From the NCBI RefSeq assembly GCF_963921235.1, contig NC_086109.1:21268001-21332000 (forward strand): 64,000 nucleotides of DNA, written 5' to 3'. Below are positions 10,672 through 23,524 of the stretch, piece after piece (position 1 is the first letter of the stretch; each line of letters opens with the position of its first letter). The position numbers and the translations under genes were made by a program. Under the pieces are notes generated by a model that saw only the letters and a program-made list of their open reading frames with translations, did no database searches and was not told the DNA's origin. The stretch comes from Mobula hypostoma. Its lineage: Eukaryota.

Positions 10672-13585
10672 TTACAAGACGCCCTCAACCGCGCGAGCTT
10701 TCAGGATTTAGGTGTTCAAACTCCCCGGTGTACGAATAGCTGACACAGCCCCTTTGAGGGTTCAGGATGGTCCCATTAATCGGTAATCACATTTCAAGCA
10801 CCAAGAATTGAATATTTAAGCAACAACTGAACTGTGGTTTGATGCTCAATCGTAAGCCTACTTGTGATATTGTCTAGTGTTTGTTTTGAGCTCAGATCCA
10901 GTGTAGCACTGTGTCTTGAACCTTGCTTCAGATAGCCCAGTGTTTGGGTCCAATTCGCACTCAGCCAGAGGGGTATCAGAGCTTTCGTCAGCTGTGGCCA
11001 ACCACTGGGAGAATATTTCCAGACAGAACCTGAAGATACACGACCTCCGCATGCTAATTATTGCAGGGAGGAGGCCAAGTTCGCTCTACAGAGCCAGTAC
11101 ATCTTCCAACGCTGGAGAGATTCGACGACAATCCTAGTTCTTCTGCATTTCCCTTGTCTAATGGTCACTAGTATTTGAGCTTCAGCCGTCCTGGTTCCCT
11201 TCAGAGTGCGGAAAGGTGGCCTTCATTATCTCTCTTCTGACAGGAAGAGCCCTGGCCTGGGCCACTGCACAATGGGGACTTAGACAGAGATTTGCTCAGA
11301 TTTGGAGGAATTCAGGGCTGCCCTGAGGAAGGTGTTTCATCACCCCACCAGAGCCAGCCGAGTCTCAGACCTCCTGATGAAGACTTGACTGGGGGGCAGC
11401 AGTCAGCTGCCGGCTCTGGGATCAAATTTCGGACCTTGGCCCGGGAGAGTGGTTGGAACAAGGAGGCCTTGGCCACACTATGCCTCCACAAACTCTGGGA
11501 TGAACTGAAGGATGCCCGTGCCTTGGGAGACCCAGCAGAGAACTTCGAGGTTCTGATCGACCAGTCCATCCACCTTGATAATCGTCGGGCAGAACGAGAG
11601 TAGGACCATACCAGGAGGTCAACGACGGCCGGTGTGAGGCTAGTCCCTACACAATGGAGTTCCACTCTCCAACCTCGGACCATGAACAGCCTGTCACCTG
11701 CTCAAGATCCAGTTGTACCCATGCAGGTTGGTGGCACCGGACTATCTGCCGAGGAGAGGTCCCGGCATTGGAGTCAAGTCAGTTCGACATACCACTGAGA
11801 GAGTTGAACTAGCCCACGCCTGCATCTGTCTTGGACAGCCACCCGCTAGGGTCCGGCAGATTCAGCAATAGACTGGTGTTGCAGATGAGAATAGGGGATC
11901 ATGTGGAAGACATTAGTTTCTACGTTATTGATTCTTCCTTGGGTACCCTTGGCTTTCCCAGCATAACCCTTCCACGGACCGGAGGGAGGACAGAACCACT
12001 GCTTGGTCCAGTCATAGTGAGTGGGTTTGTTTGCGGCATGGTGTTCCAACACCCAGACTCTCCCGTGACCAGTACCCAATAAGGAGACAGCCCTCATTGC
12101 CAGGGAACCTGAGACCCTCTGGAGACCTATTCTGGTCCTCAAGGGCAGACAGGCCGGTTCGGGCCAACGGGACTGGGTGAGTCCCAATGTAGTTCAATCG
12201 CGTTCCCACTGGAACTAGAGAGAGGGAATCTATAGTTCAGAGAAGGTCCAGGGAGATGCCCAAGCAGTCTGAGGAACTTGCCACTAAGCTTAAGGAATGC
12301 AGTCGCCATGTCTCATGGAAGTGAAAGACTCCTTAATGCCTGTTCCCTGGGGTGGGGGGGGGTGCAAGAACCCTCTATAACACCTTGCTGCCATTGCCTG
12401 AGGATAAAGACGGGGATTTGGACTCTATTTGGCCACTGTTTCTACAAAGGAACTTTGTGAGCGTGGGGAGAGGGCTCACAGGCCTGTTGAATCATCCCTG
12501 TCACCTAAGAGGCCTCAGGAGTTGTCCTCAAAGGAACGTCCAGAGGGTATAGCAACACCCAAACTGGTCAAAATCCCTTCCGTCTACAAGGACTTGGAAG
12601 AAGTCTTCAGCAAAAGAAAGGCCTAAACTCTTCCACTGCAGTGACGCTATGCATGTGCTATAGACCTGCTGCTCGGTACCTGTCCCCCGTGAGGTTGATC
12701 ATATGTCCTCTCAGGCCCAGAAAGAAGTGCAATGAAGGAGTATATAAGGGAAGCTTTTGCCATGGGCTTCATTCAGCCCTCCACTTCACCCGCCGCTGTA
12801 AAAGAAGGATGGGATCCTGTGGCTGTGTAGATGGGCCAAGAATTGCTACCCCCTTCCACTCATAAAAACAGGTTTCGAGATGCTCCAAGGAGCAGAGTAT
12901 TCACAAAACTGGACCTACGAGTACATACGATCTGGTCCATATTAGGGAAGGTGATGAGTGGAAGACTGCATTCAATACACCGACAGGGTACTACGAGTAC
13001 TTGGTCATGCCTTTTGGCCTTGTGAATGTCTTTATAAACACCATGCTCTGGGATACTCTCCATAAGTATGCCTTGGTCTAACTGGATGATATCCTAATCT
13101 ACTCAAAGTCCTTGGAGGAGAACATCGCTCATGTCAGGGACGTTTTAAGGAGGCTTTGAGACCATGGAGTTTATATCAAATTGGAGAAGTCAGAGTTTCA
13201 GCTGACAACTGCTTCATTTTTGGGTTTCACCACCTCCAATGGCAATCTCAAGATGGACGAGTCCTAGGCGGTCAGAGACTGGGCACTGCCATCCAGTATC
13301 AAAGAAGTCCAGCGATTCCTGAGGTTTGCTAACCTCTACCAGAAATTTATCAGGAACTTCAGCCTGGTGGCTCTGCTGATGGCGCTAAGAAATCCATGGG
13401 CCCTTTTGTCTGAACTACTGAAGTGGAGGATGCTTTTCAGAGCTTAAGCGACGGTTCACAACAGCTCCCATCTTGGTGTCTCCTAACCTGAACCTTCCCT
13501 TCTTCGTGGAAGTGGATGGCTCGGACATCGGAGTGGGTGCTGCCTTGTCCCAGTGACCACCTTCGGATGGGAAAATGCACTCATC
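10672..13585 (+). mobile_element. Degenerate Sushi-like (PEG10/RTL-related) Ty3/Gypsy retrotransposon, 3' truncated
   Basis: Gag [21 protein letters not shown] at 11213-11275. RT FTKLDLR...[25 protein letters not shown]...LDDILIYS at about 12895-13105. RNase [20 protein letters not shown] at about 13495-13555. Many stops and frameshifts. Putative LTR at about 10672-10990 is uncertain. Confidence 0.85.
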
Positions 13586-13600
13586 AGTTAATAACTCATC

Positions 13601-13920
13601 AGGGGTGATTGATAAGCTCGTGGCCTAAGGTAGAAGGAGATGAGTTATTAACTTCAAACTTTCTGCATAATCACTCAAGGAGTTGAACTGTATGTACATG
13701 TAACAAGAGCTGTATACCTCATCTACTTCCACCTTAGGCCACGAACTTATCAATCACCCCTGCTGTGGACCACCTTCTGGAGGTTGAAGATCCGTATACT
13801 CCACGACCACTGGACTAAGTGTGTAAATGTAGGAGGGGAGTATGTTGAAAAATAAATGTGCTAGGTTTTCTAAAATTGACTCCTTCTACCTTAGGCCACG
13901 AACTTATCAATCACCCCTTG
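13601..13920. mobile_element. Mariner-type MITE
   Basis: TIR aggggtgattgataagctcgtggcctaaggtagaaggag (13601-13639), its inverse at 13880-13918 followed by TA at 13921, and an extra internal inverse copy at about 13718-13761. Confidence 0.8.
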
Positions 13921-14434
13921 TATACTGTATGTACTTTGATAATAGGTTTACTCTGAACTTTGAACTTACTTTGAAAGAGCAGACAGAAAGTGGAAATTAA
14001 AAGTCTGCAGATTCTGAAAGTATGAAACAAAAACAAAATAATGCAACCTGAAGCTAACTTATACTTTCACTTTCGCAGTGCTGATGAGCTGAAATGTTAA
14101 CTCTTCTTTTGGTACATGTTGCTGGAACTTTGTGTGTCTCCAGAACTTGCTGTTTTTTTTTTGAGAGAAAAGATGTGGTGTAGCATTGTTAATAAGGGAA
14201 GGTAAAAAGAAAGATCTTGGCTTTGCAGATCATGATATGGAATGAGAATTAATTTGGATTGAAACCATTGATAGGAGTTGTTTATTGACTAAAATATGGT
14301 GGTTGTATTATTAGAGGTGGTATAACTGAAGAACTGAGAGCTCATGTAACAGACAGACTCGACCTTTATGGTTGGACAGATCAAATTCAGAAAGGTGAAA
14401 GATGAGCAATATATTAAAGAAGAAAAAAACAACC

Positions 14435-14845
14435 AGAATTAGAATCAGATCTACTATCTCTGACATACGCCACGAAATTTGTTGTTTCTGGCAGCAGTAA
14501 AGTGTAGTACATTTAAAATTACAATAAGAAATATATTAAAGAAGTGAATAAGTAGTCCAAAAAAAGAGCAAAATGTTAAGATAACATTCATGGGTTGAAG
14601 AACCATTCAGAAATCTAATGTTGGAGGGGAAGAAGGTGTCCTATAAAAACATTCTGTACTTCCTCCCTGATGGTGGTACTGAGATGAGGACATGTCCAGG
14701 ATCTATCTTTATGATAAATGCCGCCATCTTGCAAATGTCCTGGATGGTGATGGTCCTGATGGTGCCCGTGATGGAGATGGCTGAGTCCACAACCCTCAGT
14801 GCAGCTTCCTTTCAACCCTGTGTGCTTGAACCTCCATGCCAGGCT
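14435..14845 (-). mobile_element. Rex1/Babar 3' fragment
   Basis: Similar to 1575-2075, with an agaattagaatcaga tail and ccattcagaaatctaatg...cctccctgatggt. Confidence 0.7.
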
Positions 14846-15073
14846 TCTGCAGCCATGAGAAAGTTAGTCCACAGTTCATTGAAAACAAATAAACAGTGAA
14901 GAAGTCAAATAGTATCTGAATTCCGATACAGAGTTTTGACCTAAAATTCACTTCCTGCCACAGATGCTGCTGAGTTCCTCCAGCTGATTGCTTGTTGTGT
15001 TCAGCCAAACGGTATGTTGGCTGTGACTGCAAGAGTTTTTGTGTACAGGAGGGAGGTATTCTCAGTACAATTA

Positions 15074-17195
15074 GAACATAGAACATAGAACATAGAACAG
15101 TACAGCACAGTACAGGCCCTTCGGCCCACAATGTCATGCCGACCCTCAAACCCTGCCTCCCATATAAGCCTCCACCGTAAATTCCTCCATATACCTGTCT
15201 AGTAGTCTCTTAAACTTCACTAGTGTATCTGCCTCCACCACTGACTCAGGCAGTGCATTCCATGCACCAACCACTCTCTGAGTAAAAAACCTTCCTCTAA
15301 TATCCCCCTTGAACTTCCCACCCCTTACCTTAAGGCCATGTCCTCTTGTATTGAGCAGTGGTGCCCTGGGGAAGAGGTGCTGGCTATCCACTCTATCTAT
15401 TCCTCTTATTATCTTGTACACCTCTATCGTGTCTCCTCTCATCCTCCTTCTCTCCAAAGAGTAAAGCCCTAGCTCCCTTAATCTCTGATCATAATGCATA
15501 CTTTCTAAACCAGGCAGCATCCTGGTAAATCTCCTCTGTACCCTTTCCAATGCTTCCACATCCTCCTTATAGTGAAGCGACCAGAATTGGACACAGTACC
15601 TCAAGTGTGGCCTAACCAGAGTTTTATAGAGCTGCATCATTACATTCCAACTCTTAAACTCTATCCCTCGACTTATGAAAGCTAACACCCTATAAGCTTT
15701 CTTAACTACGCTATCCACTTGTGAGGCAACTTTCAGGGATCTGTGGACATGTACCCCCAGATCCCTCTGCTCCTCCACACTACCAAGTATCCTGCCATTT
15801 ACTTTGTACTCCGCCTTGGAGCTTGTCCTTCCAAAGTGTACCACCTCACACTTCTCCGGGTTGAACTCCATCTGCCACTTCTCAGCCCACTTCTGCATCC
15901 TATCAATGTCTCTCTGCAATCTTTGACAATCCTCTACACTATCTACAACACCACCAACCTTTGTGTTGTTTGCAAACTTGCCAACCCACCCTTCCAGCCC
16001 CACATCCAGGTTGTTGATAAAAATCACGAAAAGTAGAGGTCCCAGAACAGATCCTTGTGGGACACCACTAGTCACAATCCTCCAATCTGAATGTACTCCC
16101 TCCACCACGACCCTCTGCCTTCTGCAGGCAAGCCAATTCTGAACCCACCTGGCCAAACTTCCCTGGATCCCATGCCTTCTGACTTTCTGAATAAGCCTAG
16201 CATGTGGAACCTTGTCAAATGCCTTACTAAAATCCATGTAGATCACATCCACTGCACTACCCCCATCTATATGCCTGGTCACCTCCTCAAAGAACTCTAT
16301 TAGGCTTGTTAGGCACGATCTGCCCTTCACAAAGCCATGCTGACTGTCCCTGATCAGACCATGATTCTCTAAATGCCCGGAGATCCTATCTCTAAGAATC
16401 TTTTCCAACAGCTTTCCCACCACAGATGTAAGGCTCACTGGTCTACAATTAGCCGGACTATCCCTACTACCTTTTTTCAACAAGGGACAACATTTGCCTC
16501 CCTCCAGTCCTCCGGTACCATTCCCGTGGACAACGAGGACATAAAAATCCTAGTCAGAGGCTCAGCAATCTCTTCCCTCACCTCATGGAGCAGCCTGGGG
16601 AATATTCCATCAGGCCCCGGGGACTTATCCGTCCTAATGCATTTTAACAACTCCAACACCTCCTCTCCCTTAATATCAACATGCTCCAGAACATCAACCT
16701 CACTCATATTGTCCTCACCATCATCAAGTTCCCTCTCATTGGTGAATACTGAAGAGAAGTATTCATTGAGGACCTCGCTCACTTCCACAGCCTCCAGGCA
16801 CATCTTCCCACCTTTATCTCTAATCGGTCCTACCTTCACTCCTGTCATCCTTTTTTACCATATAATTGAAGAATGCCTTGGGGTTTTCCTTTACCCTACT
16901 TGCCAAGGCTTTCTCATGCCCCCTTCTTGCTCTTCTCAGCCCCTTCTTAAGCTCCTTTCTTGCTTCCCTATATTCCTCAATAGGCCCATCTGATCCTTGC
17001 TTCCTAAACCTCATGTATGCGGCCTTCTTCCACCTGACTAGATTTTCCACCTTACTTGTCACCCATGGTTCCTTCGCCCTACCATTCTTTATCTTCCTCA
17101 CCGGGACAAATTTATCCCTAACATCCTGCAGGAGATCTCTAAACATGTCCATAGTACATTTTCCTGCAAAAACATCATCCCAATTCACTTCCGCA
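15074..17195 (-). mobile_element. 5'-truncated CR1 LINE (ttctatg-tail family)
   Basis: ORFs 16820-17233, 16477-16848 and 15146-16483 (445 aa) are frameshifted pieces of one ORF2. The catalytic motif reads FANN. Tail (agaacat)x3 at 15074-15094. Confidence 0.95.
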
Positions 17196-17199
17196 ATTA

Positions 17200-18590
17200 T
17201 AGAAGCTTTGATGGGAGTGCACATGGAATGCATGCAGTTCTGCTTTCATTACGTGAAGAAAGATTTACTTAGTGTAGCAGGCTTAAAAGACTGATTCCTG
17301 GGATGACGGGGTCTGTGGTGTGAGGAGAGAATGATCACCAATACCTGTAATCACTAGTGTTTGCAAGAATGAGAGGAGATTGCTTCAAAACATAGAGCAT
17401 AAGACAGAGTTCTACAGGAAGGATGTTTCTGCTGCCTGGGGAGGGATAGGTTCAAGAATAAGTATGAGGGTGTGGGGTAAGACATTTGGTCTAAGATGAA
17501 CAGAAAGTTCTTTACCCAGAGTGTTTTGAACTTGTGGAATTTTACACCACAGAACAGGAACAGGCCTCTTTGCACAACACGTCCATGCTATTTGTTTTAT
17601 GTACCTATGTTAATACTATCTACCCAAATTTCAAGGTCTTCAAGTGCAGAGATGCTTCTTAAATGCTGAAAGAGCCTCTGCTCTGCAACCTCTTCAGGCA
17701 GTGTGTTTCAGACTCTAACTACCCTCTGTACGGTGAAGAAACATCCCTCCGATCTCCTGTTAACCTCCTACCTCCTAATTTTGAGGTGCAAAAGGACTTG
17801 GGAGCCCTTGTGCAGGATTCCCTGAAGGTTAGCTTGCAGGTTACTTTGGTGGTGTTAGCATTCATTTCCAGAGGACTAGAATATAAAAGCAAGGATGTAT
17901 TGCTGAGGCTTTATAATACTTTGGTTAGATCACACTTGGAGTATTGTGAGCTGTTTTGGGCCCCTTTCTAGGAAAGGATGTGCTGGGACTGGAGAGGATC
18001 CAGAGGAAGTTCATGAGAATGATCCCAGGAATGAAAGGGTTAACAAATGAGGAGTGTTTGATGGCTCTGGGCTCACAGCAGTTCAGAAGAATGAGGCCCA
18101 GATAGAGTGGACATGGAGAGGATGTTTCCTATGGTTTGGGGAGACTAGGGCCAGAGGGCACAGACTCAGAATGGAAGGAGGTCCCGTTAGAACAGAGGAG
18201 AGGAGGAACTTCTTTAACTAGATGCTGGTGAGTCAGTGGTATTCATTGCTACAGGTGGCTGTGGAGGACAAATCATTGGGTCTAAATAAAGCAGAGGTTC
18301 ATAGGTTCTTGATCAGTAAGGGCATCAAGGGTTATGGGGAGAAGGCAGGAAAATGGGGTTGAGAGGAATAATAGATTAGCAGTCATGGAATGACAGAGCA
18401 GACTTGATGGGCCAAATGATCTTGTTCTGCTCCTATTTCTTATGTGTTATGTCTGTCACCTTAAATTTGTGCCCTATTGACTGGAGCACCCTCTAGTCTG
18501 TTGTGCTAAGTTACTGAATATACTTAAGAAAGAAATAGGGAATTAGATTCAGAGGGGTATGAGGAGAGAGTGCACAAATTGAGAAAGGAT
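17200..18590. mobile_element. Cluster of old CR1 fragments in both orientations
   Basis: ORF 17663-17971 ends in LAFISRGLEYKSKDVLLRLYNTLVRSHLEYC. CR1 3' UTR at about 18300-18450 (+) and a reverse tail at about 17550-17780. Confidence 0.75.
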
Positions 18591-18594
18591 CAGC

Positions 18595-19516
18595 TTTGAA
18601 CAGTGGCTTTCGCCACCTTCAACAGGACCCCACCACTAAGCACATCTTTCCCTCTCCACCCCTCTCCGCTTTCCGCAAGGATCGGTCCCTCTGCGACTCC
18701 CTGATCCACATGTCCCTCCCCACGGATCTCCCACCCGACACTTATCCCTGTTGGTGTAAGTGCTACACCTGTCCCTACACCTCTCTTGCCTCCATTCAGG
18801 GCCCCAAACAGTCCTTCCAGGTGAGGCAACACTTCACTTGTGAGTCTGTTCGGGTCATCTATTGCATCCAGTGCTCCCGGTGCGGCCTCCTCTACATCGG
18901 TGAAACCCGACGCAGATTGGGGGACCGCTTCATCGAGCACCTCCACTCCGTCCGCCACAACAGACAGGATCTCCCGGTTGTGCCACCCACTTCAACTCTG
19001 CTTCACATTCCCATTCGGACATGTCCATACATGGCCTCCTCTACTGCCATGATGAGGCTAAACTCAGGTTGGAGGAGCAACACCCCATATACCATCTAGG
19101 TAGTCTCCAGCCCCTTGGTATGAACATAGAATTCTCCAACTTCCGGTCAATCCCTCCTCCTCCCTTCCCCCATCCCTGTTTCACACTGCCTCCTGCCCCA
19201 GCTGCCTATCACCTCCCTCATGGTTCTGCCTCCTTCTACTACCCATTGTGCTTTCCCCTATTCCTTCTTCATCTTTCCTGCCTATCCCCTCCCCCACCCC
19301 TTTTTCTTTCCCCTTACTGGTTTTTTACCTGGAACCTACCAGCCTTCTCCTTCCCACCCTCCCCCCACCTTCTTTATAGGGCCTCTGCCCCTTCCCTCTT
19401 CAGTCCTGATGAAGAGTTCCGGCCCGAAACATTGACTGACCATTTCCATGGATGCTGCCCAACCTGCTGAGTTCCCTCAGCGTTTTGACCCCAGCATCTG
19501 CAGAGTATTTTGTGTT
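18595..19516 (+). mobile_element. Penelope-like element: GIY-YIG endonuclease region plus pLTR
   Basis: ORF 18596-19099 has C-x2-C-x2-C, F.C.S..VIYCIQCSRCGLLYIGETRRRLGDRFIEH (GIY-YIG). The next frame has RLEEQHPIYHLGSLQPLGMNIEF, then a pLTR. Confidence 0.92.
19401..19438 (+). ncRNA. Minimal type I hammerhead-ribozyme-like motif in a Penelope pLTR
   Basis: cagtc-CTGATGA-agagttccggccc-GAAAC-att-gactg: conserved core boxes, stem I cagtc/gactg and essentially no stem III. Confidence 0.65.
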
Positions 19517-20394
19517 TGAACAGTGGAGCAGGATCAAAGGGATGAATGGCTTAATGTTTTTTATTTCTATTTCTATAATCTTATGTTCCTCCTTTTGCGT
19601 TACCAAACAAAAGCTGCTTAACATTCAGTGGGATAAAAAGCAATAAACTGGTTAGCCTGCCCTGTTGTAGCATTAAGTGTATACAGTAAATGCTCCTGAT
19701 TATTAGACGGGCTTGCCTCATTTTAGATGTATCACATTCATGCATGTATTACCTCAGCCTTGTGACTTTGAAGTGCGGGATCAGTTTGATGAGATTGGTC
19801 TACAGGTTGTGACTCACAAACAGCATCTGAATATCTGATTCTGTGATGATTGTGAGTCGTGTGTGTGTGTGAATCATCATTTCTTTGTCGTCGTAGCTGT
19901 GGCGATCCCTTATTGACAGCTCTTTGTATTGCAACAGTTCCACTAGACAGAACGCCACTCTCATTGAGATGTGAATGAAACAGAATCCTTCTTGGCGCTT
20001 TTCAATGTCATTTCATTTGCAATTAGAGCGAGAACGTCAGTCAAAAACCCCTCATTGTAGGAGACCATGCCACTGATCGCTACTTGAATAAAGTGATTTT
20101 GTTTTCAGCCTGCATCCCTCCCCTAATCTTCAGAATCTCCTGTATTACAAAGAGAATGTTAATTCTGTTCTTTTCCCCGCAGATGCTCATTTGAAGACTG
20201 GCACAGATAGAGTCACCAGAAAGCTTTGAAGGTTTGAAGTCTCTAAGTAGCAGTCTTGATTCTAAGACATTTTCTGCAGAGATGAGGCATTTTACATTTT
20301 CTATTACCTCGACGATGCCAAAAGTTACATCCTCAAGACGGGTGGCGAAGCAATTCCTTTCACTTCTTTCACATCTTTTTATTTCAGATACTGT

Positions 20395-21165
20395 TAGAGC
20401 CTGTTGCCTCCATTCTGGCAGCGTGAGTCGGGGCCCATCGCACGATCTGGCGCTTTGCTGCCGCCGAGAGTTTTCCAAACTATGCAGCAGGGAGGCTGGG
20501 AAGCCGGGAGTGGGCGCGGGCCTATGGTCGCCAGCATCTCTCGCTGATCGCGCCGATTAAAGTGCCGGGGAGGACTGAATTCACTGGGGGGGGGGGTAGA
20601 TGCGGAAGGCAAATGGGTGTTCAGCGCCATCGACCAGCTTCTGGCCCGCTGCTGCCGGAGAAAGTGGTTGCGCGCATGGCGGTCTCTGGCTCTTCCTTTC
20701 GCTGTTCGCGAGGGAAGATCCTCCCGCTTGAGTGACCTCTCTCTCCCTCGATGCTGTTGGCGGACGGTGACAGAGCAAGATTTAACCAACGCAGATTGTA
20801 GATTTGGACTCAAATTCTGTCTTTAGGATGTGTTCTGCTTCTAGTTATGGTCGCTCTTCTTTGTTCCTACTTTTGGGCGATTTTTGTATTGGTGCAGCCT
20901 GCAGATAATAAACACTGAGCTGACCTGAACTGAAATATGCCTTTTGATTTTGTGTTTCATATTCTGTGTTTTCGTTCTTTTTTTGTTGCCGGTCGCGTGA
21001 TTTTTTTTTTGCATGTGGGGCAGGGAGGGGGTTCGATGTTCGATAATTCTCTTTGCATGCATTGGTTCCATGGTCCTTCTTTGTGACTTCCTGTGGGGAG
21101 GACGATTTTCAGGGTTGTATACTGCATGCATACTTTGATAATAAATGTACTTTAAATCTTTTGAT
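20395..21165 (+). mobile_element. Non-coding CpG-rich retroposon with a Rex1-type tail
   Basis: GC/CpG-rich 5' half, then a T-rich segment ending tactttgataataaatgtacttt, the same tail motif as at about 850 and 13930. Confidence 0.5.
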
Positions 21166-22765
21166 TTATGGAAATTTCTTTGAATTTAGCTGGCCCTGGG
21201 AGTCATTGACGGAGTCAAGCCTAAAGCCAAGCTATCACTGAAATCCTGGTGCTGTGATAGCTACTTGTATTTGATAGTGGTTTAGGATTAGAATGTGTTA
21301 ATAGACAAAGAAAAGCTCCCTATCACTCCTGTCCTTGCTGGATCACTGTGACCTTTACGTTGTTCGCTCAGTGATGATCTGCCCTCCTGGAATGCAATTG
21401 CCAATTAGTGCCACATTGCAGGCAGACCTATGATGCATTTTCATTATAGCTGTTAACTGGTTAGAGACTGCCACCAAATGTGATTTATTTTGTCGATTTC
21501 AGCAGTCACTGGAGAGTGAAGGGTGTGAAACCACACTGCACCCCTCTCCTTTCATGTCCTTTGGCTATATTGTACAATTTCAGCATTGCCTTCCCAGAAT
21601 CATTGGCCTGTCAGTCTGTAGCAAGGCTGAAGCCTGACTCCAGATTTCTATCCCTTAAATAAACACGTAGCCTTTGATTCTGTCAGTGATACGGGACTCA
21701 CTCTTCACTGCCCGGTTCCACAGCAAACATTATACTGGGGCAGAACCTGTACGGCAACTGACTGTTATTCAGATAACTAGTCAGAATCAGAATAAGGTCT
21801 ATAATCACTGATATATCTCATGAAATATGTTGTTTTGTGGCAGCAGTGCAGTGCAATACATAAAATACTAAAGTTATGGCAATAACTATATAATAATAAT
21901 AAGGATTAGTATAAGTTAAAACAAAAAATATTAAAAAGTAGTGTAACAAGAAAGAAAAACAGTATGTTACATTCATAGGTTCATAGTTCATAAATTTGAT
22001 GATGGATATCTAGACATCTAACCTTCTCAGTATATGAGAACTGCTTACACACCAATAATTAGTATTTATACTCTATTTAATACATCTGCGTGTCTTTCTG
22101 AGTGGTTGTGTGTTTTGTATTGGGGCCTGTGCGTGTGGAAGTGTGTACACACACAATGCAGGCCCCAGCCAAACCACATGCCCACCCAACCATACATTAG
22201 GCTCTAGTTCCCCTTCATGACCTTAGAATGTTGTTTCAGTCACTTGCTGCAGACTGCTTCCTCGGTACCTGTCCTCATCTTTCATGTGTGGTATTGGGAT
22301 GTTGTTAATTATGACCTGCTATCCTCAACCAGATTCTATTTCTGCAGATTTGAACTTGCTCTGTTCCCTGGCCCAATGCATGGAACCTCGAGGAAGCGAT
22401 CAAACAAAATTAGTTAAATGCTGGTAAGCACCATGCCTGCAGTACCACCCATAAATTTGGCCTCTCGAGTTCTTCTTGTTGACAGTTTGAAGACAGACAG
22501 CCTTTTGTTTACAGGCATCTCGAGTATCAAACACCTCATGACGTTGTGACATCTGTGTAGCATCAGATGTCCTGACAGCCCAAAACTGACAGCAGCCCAG
22601 GAAACGCAAAAAGAGATGTGAGATGTGATTAAAACAACCTGTGAGCTGAGGGAACCTTATAACCAATGAATAAATGAAGTGAGAACAGAGCTTGCAGGTA
22701 TCCAGCTACTTGGATTTTGTGGATCTGTCTGAAAAAAAATTGCACAAGCAAACAAATGCAAGTTA

Positions 22766-23051
22766 TGTGGCACTGTAGCGTAGAGGTTAGCACAACGCCT
22801 TACAGTCCAGCTGCCACAGTCCAATCCCGCTGCGGCCTGCAAGGTGTTCATACGTTCTCCTCGTGACCGCGTAGGTTTCCTCTGGGCGCTCCGGTTTCCT
22901 CCCCCAGTCCAAAGACGTACCGGTTGGTTGGTTCTTTGGTTGTTGTAAATTGCCCTGTGATTAGGCTCAAATTAAATTAGGGGATTGCTGGGAGGCGTGA
23001 CTCGAAGGGCCAAAAGGGCCTATTCTGCACTCTATCTCAGTAAGTAAATAA
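22766..23051 (+). mobile_element. V-SINE/HE1-like SINE
   Basis: tRNA-like head, V-core gtttcctctgggcgctccggtttcctcccccagtccaaagacg and CR1-like tail gggcctattctgcactctatctc. Confidence 0.8.
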
Positions 23052-23524
23052 CAAGATAGATGGGAAAGCAAAATTAAAATAGAAAATACTGGAGATTCCA
23101 AAGAGATCAGGCAGTACCTGGTGAGAGAAACAGGGTTAATGTTTCAGGTCTGTAACCTTTCATTGGAACGTCAATCAAGTCACCTTCCATCTTTCCACAT
23201 CTAAATCTATTAATTTTCTAATCCCTGCTTCCCCTGTATTGGTGCAACCTTCTTTTAAATCCATGCCTAATCTTTGCTTCCATAATTCCCTATGGTATGA
23301 AGTTCCATGTCTTACCTCTCTTCACATAGTGTCTTTGGACTATTCTTTTGACTTTCTTAGTGACAGTCTTATAATATTGGTCTCTAGTTCCACCCATACA
23401 GGTGGGGAAGTTTATGGAGGGAAATCCAGAGTTTAAGATCTAAATATTAAAAGTCACAACGATTGCTGGTGGAACAATGCATATTGGTAAGTGAAAAGAC
23501 CAGAAGTGGAGCAGAATGGTAATA

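Noticed and set aside
15074..16531. Segmental duplication with 34464-35911
   Set aside because: Similarity is confined to the CR1 body and the flanks are unrelated, so these are independent insertions of one family.
20080..20560. Overlapping 132-aa (-) and 108-aa (+) ORFs as a host exon
   Set aside because: No recognisable protein, and both ORFs run from unique sequence into a repeat.
22348..22423. Possible 76-nt exon (ttctatttctgcag ... gtaagc)
   Set aside because: The splice signals are plausible, but there is no recognisable peptide or partner exon. It cannot be supported without RNA data.
22766..22840. tRNA gene
   Set aside because: It is the degenerate tRNA-derived head of a SINE, continuing into the V-core and tail, with no cloverleaf.
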